From positions 11,654-75,653 of the forward strand of contig CALRIA010000001.1 in the NCBI GenBank assembly GCA_943359595.1: a stretch of 64,000 bases of DNA, written 5' to 3'. The notes under the pieces were generated by a model. That model was not told the origin of the DNA and ran no database searches. It saw only the letters and a list, made by a program, of their open reading frames with translations. This stretch comes from Candidatus Magasanikiibacteriota bacterium (lineage in GTDB: Bacteria; Patescibacteriota; Patescibacteriia; Magasanikbacterales; GWA2-37-8). A program made the position numbers and the translations under genes. This document shows positions 1 through 7,957 of the stretch, piece by piece; position 1 is the stretch's first letter; the number at the start of each line of letters is the position of its first letter.

Positions 1-171
1 AATAAAGGTGAAATTTTGACGGAAAGATACTACCATCATTTTACCAATGATGAACTGAAAGGTTTGCTCGAAAAAGTTGGTTTCAAAAATATAGAACTTT
101 TTTATGATGATATAAAAAATAACACAGATGGTCGAGGCGGGCGAAATTTGATTGCGATTGCGGAGAAATAA
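1..171 (+). CDS. C-terminal fragment of probable class I SAM-dependent methyltransferase (5' end outside window)
   Basis: Frame 1 open: NKGEILTERYYHHFTNDELKGLLEKVGFKNIELFY...NLIAIAEK*, typical methyltransferase C-terminus (RYYH-F..EL..LL...GF); TAA at 169-171. Confidence 0.6.
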   Translation, partial: NKGEILTERYYHHFTNDELKGLLEKVGFKNIELFYDDIKNNTDGRGGRNLIAIAEK

Positions 172-176
172 TCTTA

Positions 177-217
177 TTAAAAAAAGTAGTGCACATAATG
201 TGCACTACTTTTTTTAA
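177..217. terminator. Bidirectional intrinsic terminator
   Basis: Perfect inverted repeat ttaaaaaaagtagtgcaca-taa-tgtgcactactttttttaa between convergent genes. Confidence 0.85.
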
Positions 218-226
218 ATATTCTAT

Positions 227-532
227 TTAAATGTTTGCTTCTAACAGTGCTACTCTGTGGTCAAGATTTTTATGATTGTAAGCCAGCACTGTTATTTCTT
301 CTTCGTTTTTATTATTTAGCCCTACAATTTTATCAAGAGTATTCATTATTTGAACGATATCATTTTTGGTAGCCATCCCGTCTAATTTTTCTTCCATTCG
401 ATCAAAACGTTCAGTGTGTTCGGCCACAGTACGAGCAATGATATCAAGCTGACTGTCATGTTCTTCAAGTTTTTTGTTTATGGTGTCAAACTGATTGTCA
501 TGTTCTTTCAGTTTTTTGATGATTTCCTCCAT
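227..532 (-). CDS. Coiled-coil repeat protein (KKLxEHD repeats, MATKND beta-layer motif)
   Basis: Likely start MEEII at 532, downstream of TTGACT-17-TATACT; paralogous to 13277..13714. Confidence 0.75.
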   Translation of the reverse strand: MEEIIKKLKEHDNQFDTINKKLEEHDSQLDIIARTVAEHTERFDRMEEKLDGMATKNDIVQIMNTLDKIVGLNNKNEEEITVLAYNHKNLDHRVALLEANI

Positions 533-598
533 AAAATATATGTTAATTTTTCTAATAACTAGTATACAAAATTCTTGCATTATAGTCAACAATAAACA

Positions 599-628
599 AA
601 AAATACTCGAAATTAATCGAGTATTTTT
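599..628 (-). terminator. Intrinsic terminator of the 779..1315 unit
   Basis: aaaaatactcga-aattaa-tcgagtattttt inverted repeat with T-tract. Confidence 0.8.
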
Positions 629-645
629 ACATTTAAGCGTTTAGG

Positions 646-750
646 TCACTCGCACAATCTGAAAACAAATTTTATTTTCAAATTGCGAGGCGAGTGATAA
701 TTAAAATTTTCCAACCTCACACCCGACCGCTTTTTGTCAGATGTGAGGTT
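646..750 (-). other. Two long 3'-UTR RNA hairpins
   Basis: 713-750 is a 15-bp stem and 646-697 a ~24-bp stem with a CTC bulge; mismatches resolve as G-U pairs only on the minus (sense) strand. Confidence 0.7.
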
Positions 751-778
751 TGTATGTGGCGACCAGTAAATGGACACT

Positions 779-1315
779 TCAGATCTTGGCTACAACGTAG
801 TGCAAGACGACACCCATGATGAAGCATCGCTCCCAGTTGATAACCTTGCAAACTTGATCGACGCCAACGTTGACATCGTAGCCGAGCAGATAGGCCAACT
901 TCACCGCTTCGCCGTCCACGTAGAGGCTATGCTGTCGTTCGAGGTCAGGCCCTTTTTCCGAGAGGATAACCGCGTGCGCCAGTAGGATAGCTAGTCCGTC
1001 GTTGGAGACTTCTCCTAGGATGCCTTTGTTGATGCCGGCCATAATCAAGCCGTTCTTATCTGCCATATACAAAGTCGCATTGCTTGCCATCGATGACGTA
1101 AAGACGAAGGTGGTAATGTCGTACTTTGGTTTGGATCTATCCATAATTTGCCGAGTAATCGCGTCGAGTCGCGAATCACCATGAATAAAGACAAAGCCAC
1201 CATTGCTACCATCACTGGTCCTTTCAAAGCTTTCGCCTTTGCATTCGACGAACGAACCACCACAAGCCGAGATCAGGATTGTCAGAAACAGATACAGAAC
1301 GCGAATGTTGGACAT
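779..1315 (-). CDS. GC-rich lipoprotein with degenerate M48 peptidase-like domain
   Basis: Lipobox ISA-C; NA...INKGIL...LAILLAHAVIL...DGEAVKLAYLLGYD resembles M48 but HExxH is lost; GGAGG SD upstream. Confidence 0.6.
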   Translation of the reverse strand: MSNIRVLYLFLTILISACGGSFVECKGESFERTSDGSNGGFVFIHGDSRLDAITRQIMDRSKPKYDITTFVFTSSMASNATLYMADKNGLIMAGINKGILGEVSNDGLAILLAHAVILSEKGPDLERQHSLYVDGEAVKLAYLLGYDVNVGVDQVCKVINWERCFIMGVVLHYVVAKI

Positions 1316-1367
1316 GGTAACCTCCGAAAAAAGTTGAGAAACACCGGTATCTCTCTAAATCATCTCT

Positions 1368-1396
1368 ATTTTATACAATAAAGATGATAATTGAAA
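1368..1396 (-). promoter_or_regulatory. Putative sigma70 promoter for 779..1315
   Basis: TTTCAA-N17-TAAAAT on minus strand. Confidence 0.45.
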
Positions 1397-1411
1397 GTAG
1401 ATGTTTATAAC

Positions 1412-1441
1412 AAAAACTACACTATTTTTAGTAGTGTAGTT
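1412..1441 (-). terminator. Intrinsic terminator after GT4 gene
   Basis: aactacacta/tagtgtagtt stem followed by T-tract on minus strand. Confidence 0.75.
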
Positions 1442-2600
1442 AAGCACGCATCGTTTTTAAACGAGCGATTTTTATTTTTTCTTTAGAAGTATAAACTGCT
1501 AAAGTTTGTTTACTAAGATTTGTCCAGTTGAAACTTTTTTTAGTGAGTGTTTTATTTTCCACACCAGATACAGCGCGTAAATTTTCATCCTTAATTAGTT
1601 TGATTATTTTTTCAGCTAAGTCAACAATACTGGCATTACGGAATAAGAAATTTCGATCACTAATTAATTCTTGATGTTCTGGAATATCAGATAATAATAC
1701 TGGTCGGCCATAAGCCATGGCCTGTAATACCGTGATCGGCATCCCTTCATTTTCTGAGGGGTTGATATACAAGGCGCAGTTGGCATAAGTTTCTTCCAAA
1801 ATTTGTCCGTGCATCCAACTGGTAAAAATAATACTTTTATCGCCACGAGCAATATAATGTAATTCATCCAAATAATCATCAGTGAAAGTACTGCCGCCAA
1901 CGATAGCCAATTTATAATCTTTCAATAACTCTGGATTTTGTGCACGAGCCATTTGCCAAGCTTCCAATAAATAATGAGCACCCTTATGACGCACCAAGCG
2001 TGAAACCATCAAAATGTATTTGTTTGGTTCTAGTTTGTATTTTTCCAATAAGTTGGCGCCGGTATTTTTGGAAACAACTACACCATTTGGAATATATTCT
2101 ACTTTAGTATGATATTCATTCAAACAATAACTTTGAATTGTTTTGGATACGGTGATAGTTTGATGAGCAAAAGTACAAGCGGCTTTTTCACCGAGCCACA
2201 ACATGAGCTTGGCTACTACACCCCATTTTTGGTGGTAACGATCGATACAATGAAAAGTAACTATTACTTTAGTTTTTGGAGAAAAGATTCTTGGAATCCA
2301 AGCTAATAATGCTGGCCCTACTCCGTGATAATGAATGATATCACAATTTTGATTCAAGGCATTTAAGGTAGAAATAAAGGTGTGAGAAATTGTATCCAAA
2401 TGTTTGGTATAAATAGTAGGAGTATGGACGATTCTTACACCGTGATAGTTTTTTAAAGCTTTAGAAGTGTACCAAGCACGGGCGTATACCAAAACGTCGT
2501 GACCTTGTTTGGCCAGTTCACGCGACAAATCTTCCACGTGACGTTCAACGCCACCGTAGATAGCCGGTATCCCTTTTTGTCCGATCATAGCGATCCGCAT
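1440..2600 (-). CDS. Glycosyltransferase family 4
   Basis: MRIAMIGQKGIPAIYGGVERHVE N-terminus; PSENEGMPITVLQAMAYG GT-B motif. Confidence 0.92.
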   Translation of the reverse strand: MRIAMIGQKGIPAIYGGVERHVEDLSRELAKQGHDVLVYARAWYTSKALKNYHGVRIVHTPTIYTKHLDTISHTFISTLNALNQNCDIIHYHGVGPALLAWIPRIFSPKTKVIVTFHCIDRYHQKWGVVAKLMLWLGEKAACTFAHQTITVSKTIQSYCLNEYHTKVEYIPNGVVVSKNTGANLLEKYKLEPNKYILMVSRLVRHKGAHYLLEAWQMARAQNPELLKDYKLAIVGGSTFTDDYLDELHYIARGDKSIIFTSWMHGQILEETYANCALYINPSENEGMPITVLQAMAYGRPVLLSDIPEHQELISDRNFLFRNASIVDLAEKIIKLIKDENLRAVSGVENKTLTKKSFNWTNLSKQTLAVYTSKEKIKIARLKTMRA

Positions 2601-2728
2601 ATTTGGCTTGGCTTACATAATTAAAACTCTAAATAATAGCACAAATCACCGTTTTTGTCAAGGTGTATATCGGTTTTTGGCTAGGGTGTGGTATACTAAC
2701 GGTAGTTAATATAATAAAAATTGGTAAT

Positions 2729-3886
2729 ATGAATAAAAATGGGTTGCTATGGAAGTGGTTAATTATTGGTTTGCCATTAACCTGGTTGGCTATTTTTTCG
2801 ATATTTTTTTATTCTGATTGGTCGCTCAAAGCACAAGCGGTTGGTTTAATGCCTGAGATTTTGATTAAGAACGTATCTAGTAGTGTAGCTGTTGTACCAA
2901 TCGTTTTGTCACCCCGTATAAAAGCGTTACGTCAGGTGGCGAAGGGGATTTATCTGACAGCCAGTTCAGCTAATAATAGTAAAAAGATGGATGAGATCAT
3001 TCGTTTGATTGATAGAACCGAATTAAACGCAGTAATAATTGATATTAAAGATTATACTGGTTATATTTTGTATGATAGTCAGATACCAATGATTAAAGAA
3101 TTAAAAACAAAACGAATTGTTTTAAAGAACGTTCCGGCATTGATTGCCAAACTTCACGAACATAATATTTATGTGATAGCACGTCAGACAGTTTTTCAAG
3201 ATCCAATTTTGGCTGAAAAAAAACCAGAATGGGCAATTAAAAATAAACAAGGTGGAATTTGGCATGATCGAAAAGGTTTGTCTTGGGTGGATGTTACGCG
3301 CAAAGATTTATGGAAATATGATATTTCAATTGCCAGAGAGGTGATTGGTCTAGGTTTTGATGAAATCAATTTTGATTATGTTCGTTTTCCAACCGATGGT
3401 AATATTTCCAATGCGGTGATTCCAGCATCTAAAGAGCGCAATGGTGTGATGACTGGCTTTTTTAGTTTTTTGTCTGAACAGTTGAAAGATGAACCAGCCT
3501 ATATTTCTTTAGATTTTTTTGGATTAGTAATGGAAGATCATACCGGCATGAATATAGGGCAGAAAATTGCCAACGCTTCTGATCAAGTAGATTATATTTC
3601 TCCGATGATGTATCCGTCGCACTATGCCAAAGGACATTTGGGATTAGCCAATCCGGCCGCTAGCCCGGGAAAAGTGATTGATAATGGTATGAAAAAAGGT
3701 TTGTCATTATTTGTAGATAAACGGGCACAATTACGACCGTGGTTGCAAGCGTTTAATATGGGAGCGCAATATGGCGCAAAAAATATTCGAGCACAGATTG
3801 ATATGGTAGAAAAATATCCTAATGCCGGTTGGTTGCTCTGGAATGCGGCCAATCGCTATACTGAGGCTGGTTTAAAGTCGGAGTAA
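2729..3886 (+). CDS. Membrane-anchored putative glycoside hydrolase (DUF4015-like)
   Basis: N-terminal TM; KGIYLT, NAVIIDIKD, GFDEINFDYVRFP, ISPMMYPSHY, LRPWLQAF motifs; start trimmed from 2663. Confidence 0.8.
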   Translation: MNKNGLLWKWLIIGLPLTWLAIFSIFFYSDWSLKAQAVGLMPEILIKNVSSSVAVVPIVLSPRIKALRQVAKGIYLTASSANNSKKMDEIIRLIDRTELNAVIIDIKDYTGYILYDSQIPMIKELKTKRIVLKNVPALIAKLHEHNIYVIARQTVFQDPILAEKKPEWAIKNKQGGIWHDRKGLSWVDVTRKDLWKYDISIAREVIGLGFDEINFDYVRFPTDGNISNAVIPASKERNGVMTGFFSFLSEQLKDEPAYISLDFFGLVMEDHTGMNIGQKIANASDQVDYISPMMYPSHYAKGHLGLANPAASPGKVIDNGMKKGLSLFVDKRAQLRPWLQAFNMGAQYGAKNIRAQIDMVEKYPNAGWLLWNAANRYTEAGLKSE

Positions 3887-3946
3887 AAATTTTATGGGGA
3901 TAACTTTATTGACAGTTGAATAATAGTTTGAGAACATATATCTACT

Positions 3947-4042
3947 ATGCAGAATAATTATATTCACAATTTGACTATTAAGAGCTTCACAATCTTGTGT
4001 CGTTCTTTGGTATGGTCAACGGGTGATTATAATAATGTCTAA
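3947..4042 (+). CDS. Putative 31-aa leader peptide (MQNNYIHNLTIKSFTILCRSLVWSTGDYNNV)
   Basis: Small ORF downstream of TTGACA (3909) whose 3' end contains a segment complementary to the following terminator arm. Confidence 0.45.
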   Translation: MQNNYIHNLTIKSFTILCRSLVWSTGDYNNV

Positions 4043-4097
4043 TAGAAATTAAAAAAGCATTATCAAATCACCCTGGCCATCTGGTTAGGGTGATTTT
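4013..4097 (+). promoter_or_regulatory. Attenuator-like terminator/antiterminator
   Basis: Terminator aaatcaccctggcc-atct-ggttagggtgatttt (4065-4097); competing segment tggtcaacgggtgatt (4013-4028) can pair with its left arm. Confidence 0.55.
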
Positions 4098-4143
4098 ATA
4101 TATAATGGTTCTTTTACAACATAGAGTAGTGTGTATTTAAAAT

Positions 4144-4277
4144 AACGTTTTCTGTTGTGGTGTAAAGATTATCTAAAATTTGGATGATGTTTACGCCACA
4201 ACAGTTCGTTGTTGGCTAACCCCACTGTTTATCATACATACGATAAACAGTACTGTTTTGGCAGAGATATCTGCCAA
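4144..4277 (+). other. Structured leader with three hairpins, preceded by boxA-like gttcttttacaac (4108-4120)
   Basis: ctgttgtggtgtaaa/tttacgccacaacag, actgtttatc/gataaacagt and ttggcaga/tctgccaa stems. Confidence 0.6.
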
Positions 4278-4297
4278 TGCTAATTTGGAGTTTACCC

Positions 4298-4531
4298 ATG
4301 TCAAAGTCCATCGTCGAGCCTCCGCTGTCTAACGTTCCAGTTCCGCATACTGCGCCTCACTTCTGTGGTCAGGCGCCGGTTCCTACTGCGATTTCGCTGC
4401 CCCTGACTTTGCCGGGCACGGAGGCGGTTCTGGGCGGTCGTCGTAATTCGTCGAACCGCCACCGGATTTCTCGCCAGTTCGGGCCTCATCAGGCCGGTCT
4501 CGCTGAGCAGGCGAAGTACGACGGTAATTGA
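4298..4531 (+). CDS. GC-rich, Pro-rich 77-aa hypothetical protein
   Basis: GGAG SD before ATG 4298; biased codons (cgt, ggt, ttc, tac, aac); followed by hairpins and terminator. Confidence 0.55.
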   Translation: MSKSIVEPPLSNVPVPHTAPHFCGQAPVPTAISLPLTLPGTEAVLGGRRNSSNRHRISRQFGPHQAGLAEQAKYDGN

Positions 4532-4615
4532 CGTTTGGCCTCTGGGGTTGGTAGTTACGCACTACTCTCCAAGCTATTGCTTATTTTTTAAAATAGTCAG
4601 TAGCTTGGTTTTTCT

Positions 4616-4645
4616 AAACACTCTAATTCAATTAGGGTGTTTTTT
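4616..4645 (+). terminator. Intrinsic terminator
   Basis: aaacactctaat-tca-attagggtgtttttt; preceded by hairpins 4544-4570 and 4569-4608. Confidence 0.75.
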
Positions 4646-4697
4646 ATGTTATAATTATAGAAGTTAATATTAATGAGGCGAAAAAACAGATTAAAAT

Positions 4698-5621
4698 ATG
4701 TGGTTAATACTTTCAATAGTCGGTTATTCTATTCTAGCGGTAGTAGCAATAATGGATAAATATTTATTATCATCAGCCAAAGTTCAACCGGTATTATATA
4801 CTTTTTATTCGACTATTTTTGTTTTACCGCTGTTATTGTTAATTCCATTTGGAGTAAATTTTTTACACACTCCGTTTGATTGGATAATGGCGGCGTTATC
4901 CGGCATCTCTTTTGCGTTGGCATTATGGACAATGTTTTTAGGTTTTGAAAAAAGTGAAGTTAGTCATGTTGGCCCGTTAGTGGGGGCAGCGACACCTTTG
5001 TTTGTGTTGTTGTTTAGTAACTTATTTTTATTCGAAATTTTAACTACGCGACAATTAGTAGCTTCTGGGTTGTTGATCGTTGGTTCGTTGTTAGTTTCTT
5101 TTGAAAAAAGCAAACAACATTCTGGCTGGCATTTGGGGATGTTGTGGGGTGTTTTAGCGGGTATTTTATTTGCCGCCTCGCATGTTAGCGCAAAATATAT
5201 TTATGGGCATTATAATTTTTTTAGTGGTTTTGTTTGGACGAGAGTCGCGACTGGTTTAGTGGGATTGGTTCTGTTACTGCACCCAATCGTGTATCGCTCA
5301 CTTTTTAAAAATACTATTTTAGATAAAGTAAAAAATAAAGTTTTATCTGCTCGGACAAAAAAGGATAATATTATTTTGGTAATAATAAATAAAGTTTTAG
5401 GTTCCGTTGCTGTAATAGTGATACAATATGCGGTAGCAATTGGCAGTGTATCACTGGTCAATGCTTTAAATGGTTTGGAATATGCTATTTTGATTATTTT
5501 AGTTTTATTACTGAGTAGATTTTGGCCAAATAAATTTAAAGAGGATTATGCATTGGGAGAAATACTGCTTGAATCATTGGCTATAATAGTGATTGCTACT
5601 GGTTTAATTTTATTAGTTTAG
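4698..5621 (+). CDS. EamA/DMT-family transporter
   Basis: ~10 TM helices in two repeats; EVSHVGPL...PLFV.LFS..FL.E motif. Confidence 0.85.
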   Translation: MWLILSIVGYSILAVVAIMDKYLLSSAKVQPVLYTFYSTIFVLPLLLLIPFGVNFLHTPFDWIMAALSGISFALALWTMFLGFEKSEVSHVGPLVGAATPLFVLLFSNLFLFEILTTRQLVASGLLIVGSLLVSFEKSKQHSGWHLGMLWGVLAGILFAASHVSAKYIYGHYNFFSGFVWTRVATGLVGLVLLLHPIVYRSLFKNTILDKVKNKVLSARTKKDNIILVIINKVLGSVAVIVIQYAVAIGSVSLVNALNGLEYAILIILVLLLSRFWPNKFKEDYALGEILLESLAIIVIATGLILLV

Positions 5622-5622
5622 T

Positions 5623-6633
5623 ATGTATTTAAATAAAAAAATACAGAAAAATATTTTACTATCTTTTGGAATATTTTTCTTAATTGTGGCTAGTATTTGT
5701 TATCTGTATTCTGATCTGGCTAATCCGAAAAATGAAAAAATTATTTGGGGTACGTCGTTTAGTCCGGGATATACTCGCTATTTAGGTTTAGATGTCGGCG
5801 AAGTTTATAAAGTAATTTTGGATGATTGGAAATTTCGTTATTTGCGTTTAACTGCACGGTGGGATGAGGTTGAACCAGAAAGAGGTAAGTTTAATTTTAC
5901 AGAAGTTGATTATTTAATGAATGAAGCGGCTAAGCGTAATGCTAAAGTAGTCTTGGTAGTTGGACAAAAAACACCGCGCTGGCCGGAATGTAATGTCCCT
6001 GATTGGACAAAAAATTTATCCGATGATGAGTATCATGCGGCATTAAATAATTATTTAAAAATTGCCGCTGAACGTTATAAAAATAACCTAGCCCTCGAAA
6101 CTTGGCAGGTTGAAAACGAAGCTTTTTTGGCATTTGGCAATAAATGTCATCCATTGAATATCGCAAAATTAAAAACTGAAATTAGCACTATTAAGAGCAT
6201 AGATCCAAATCATTTGGTGATAATCACCGATAGTGGTGAATTAAGTTTTTGGAACAAAACAGCTAGAGCCGCTGATCTTTTTGGTAGTACTGCTTATCGT
6301 GTTGTATGGAATAAACGTAGTGGCTATTTCAATTATGATTGGTTGCCGGCAGTTTTTTATCGCTTGCATGCTTTGTTGTATGGTTTGAATTTGAACAATG
6401 TTTATGTTTCTGAGTTACAAGCTGAGCCGTGGATGCCTGATTATCCAATTACTGTTAATAATGTGTCTGAACAGTTGAAATCAATGAATCTGGATCGGTT
6501 ACAGAAACAATTGGATTTTGCTCAGAGAACTGGGTTTAGTCGAGCTTATTTGTGGGGAGCGGAATGGTGGTATTGGTTAAAAATTAATGGATATAGTGGA
6601 TTATTTGATTATATAAAATACTTACCAAAGTAA
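5623..6633 (+). CDS. Membrane-anchored clan GH-A glycoside hydrolase (GH5/GH42-like)
   Basis: N-terminal TM; WDEVEPERGKFNF, WQVENEA (acid/base), SELQAEPW (nucleophile). Confidence 0.8.
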   Translation: MYLNKKIQKNILLSFGIFFLIVASICYLYSDLANPKNEKIIWGTSFSPGYTRYLGLDVGEVYKVILDDWKFRYLRLTARWDEVEPERGKFNFTEVDYLMNEAAKRNAKVVLVVGQKTPRWPECNVPDWTKNLSDDEYHAALNNYLKIAAERYKNNLALETWQVENEAFLAFGNKCHPLNIAKLKTEISTIKSIDPNHLVIITDSGELSFWNKTARAADLFGSTAYRVVWNKRSGYFNYDWLPAVFYRLHALLYGLNLNNVYVSELQAEPWMPDYPITVNNVSEQLKSMNLDRLQKQLDFAQRTGFSRAYLWGAEWWYWLKINGYSGLFDYIKYLPK

Positions 6634-6651
6634 ATTTAATTATTTGTCCCA

Positions 6652-6680
6652 TTGACTAAAATTTTGTTTTTAGGTATATT
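6652..6680 (+). promoter_or_regulatory. sigma70 promoter of tRNA-Val
   Basis: TTGACT-N17-TATATT. Confidence 0.65.
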
Positions 6681-6694
6681 ACGGCTATTCATTT

Positions 6695-6768
6695 GGGTGA
6701 TTAGCTCAGTTGGTTAGAGCGTCTCGTTTACACCGAGAAGGCCAAAGGTTCGAATCCTTTATCACCCA
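6695..6768 (+). tRNA. trnV: tRNA-Val (anticodon TAC), CCA not encoded
   Basis: Acceptor GGGTGAT/ATCACCC, D-arm TAGCTCAGTTGGTTAGAGC, anticodon arm TCTCG-TTTACAC-CGAGA, T-loop GGTTCGAATCC. Confidence 0.97.
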
Positions 6769-6785
6769 CTTAGAAAATTTTTTGT

Positions 6786-6811
6786 AAACAGAGATTACAC
6801 TCTGTTTTTTT
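6786..6811 (+). terminator. Intrinsic terminator after tRNA
   Basis: aaacagag-attaca-ctctgttttttt. Confidence 0.75.
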
Positions 6812-6823
6812 ATTTATAGATAC

Positions 6824-6852
6824 TTGACTTTTTTATATAAAACATTTAGTCT
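6824..6852 (+). promoter_or_regulatory. sigma70 promoter of udp
   Basis: TTGACT-N17-TAGTCT, then 5' hairpin ctatctc-gttgt-gagatag. Confidence 0.55.
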
Positions 6853-6891
6853 TTTATCACTATCTCGTTGTGAGATAGATTGGAAAAAGTT

Positions 6892-7683
6892 ATGACAAAG
6901 CGTCTAATCAAGGCAGATCGTCCTACTTCAAAAGACGGTCGCGCCTACCATCTACACACTCGGCTGGGCAGTCTTTCCGAGTTGTGTCTATTAGTCGGTT
7001 CACCAGAACGAGCCACAATGATCGCCAAGAATTTTTTTGACAACCCTAAGCTTGTCGGCAATTATCGTGGATTCAAGTGTTACACCGGATTTCATCTAGG
7101 AATTCGAATGTCCGTTGTGACTTGCGGTATGGGGGGGCCAAGCATCGGCATTGTTTTGCGGGAAGCCGTGGAGTCCGGCGCGCGGATTTTTATTCGCGTC
7201 GGTTCTTGCGGTACACTTCAACCAGAGCCGAATGTGGGAGATTCGGTGATTTGTACCGGAGCGGTTCGTTTGGATGGTGCTACAAAAAACTGGGCGCCAA
7301 TCGAATACCCGGCTATTGCTGACTACCGGATTGTGGCTGCACTGGTGCAATCGGCCAAAGAGCTCGACCTGCCTTACCATGTTGGAATTGGGGCAACCAC
7401 CGATTGTTTTCGAGAAGGTCAAGCTCGTCCGGACGTCGACGGCTATATCCCTCCTCGGCTGCAAGCTCAACATGAAGAACTCACACACTGCGGTGTGCTT
7501 TTCTACGCGATGGAAGAAGCTGCGTTGTTTGTGTGGTGTAGCACTCACGGGAATCTGCGCGCCGGTGTGATTGACGCAATTTACGCGAACCGCGTAACTG
7601 GTGATTTCAAAGTCACCGGTGATGAACAAGCGGCAAAGATTGCTATTCACGCTATGTGCTTGATCGCTCAAGGAAAATTCTAA
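6892..7683 (+). CDS. udp: Uridine (nucleoside) phosphorylase, GC-rich
   Basis: YHL, GSPERA, GMGGPS, RVGSCG, FREGQAR, MEEAALF motifs of the PNP/UDP family; alternative TTG start 6880. Confidence 0.85.
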   Translation: MTKRLIKADRPTSKDGRAYHLHTRLGSLSELCLLVGSPERATMIAKNFFDNPKLVGNYRGFKCYTGFHLGIRMSVVTCGMGGPSIGIVLREAVESGARIFIRVGSCGTLQPEPNVGDSVICTGAVRLDGATKNWAPIEYPAIADYRIVAALVQSAKELDLPYHVGIGATTDCFREGQARPDVDGYIPPRLQAQHEELTHCGVLFYAMEEAALFVWCSTHGNLRAGVIDAIYANRVTGDFKVTGDEQAAKIAIHAMCLIAQGKF

Positions 7684-7694
7684 AGTGTCTGTCC

Positions 7695-7780
7695 TTTCGT
7701 GTCGGGGGCACACGAAATTTCTCCTCAGCCCTCTCCATTAGTACATAATATTTTGTGTATTAATGGAAGCTGAGAAGGAA
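7695..7780 (+). other. Two 3'-UTR hairpins of udp
   Basis: tttcgtgt/acacgaaa stem (7695-7717); long stem 7718-7780 with CCTC internal loop and AT-rich apex, G-U pairs on sense strand. Confidence 0.7.
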
Positions 7781-7789
7781 GTATAAATT

Positions 7790-7820
7790 AAAAACACACC
7801 AATTAAATTTGGTGTGTTTT
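7790..7820. terminator. Bidirectional terminator between udp and oxygenase
   Basis: aaaacacaccaa-ttaaat-ttggtgtgtttt. Confidence 0.85.
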
Positions 7821-7832
7821 ATTTTTAATTTT

Positions 7833-7939
7833 TTTATCAAGCTACTCGTCAATATTATATACCATATAATACTCACGAGTAGGTAGCTTGATAAATCATG
7901 CCCCTTGTTCGCTTCGTTAAGACGAAGAAAAGAAACACA
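7833..7939 (-). other. Two 3'-UTR hairpins of the oxygenase gene
   Basis: 7897-7939 G-U-rich stem; 7833-7895 long stem with 4-nt bulge (ctacctac) and AT-rich apex. Confidence 0.7.
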
Positions 7940-7957
7940 AATTTTTCTGTCCGTTTG

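Noticed and set aside
3895-3945. DnaA-box-like tggggataa and LexA-like gaacatatatct
   Set aside because: Single imperfect matches without the required clustering or palindromic half-site.
646-7939. 3' hairpins as integron attC sites
   Set aside because: No RYYYAAC/GTTRRRY ends, no intI in window, and G-U pairing favours the sense RNA strand; the genes have their own promoters.
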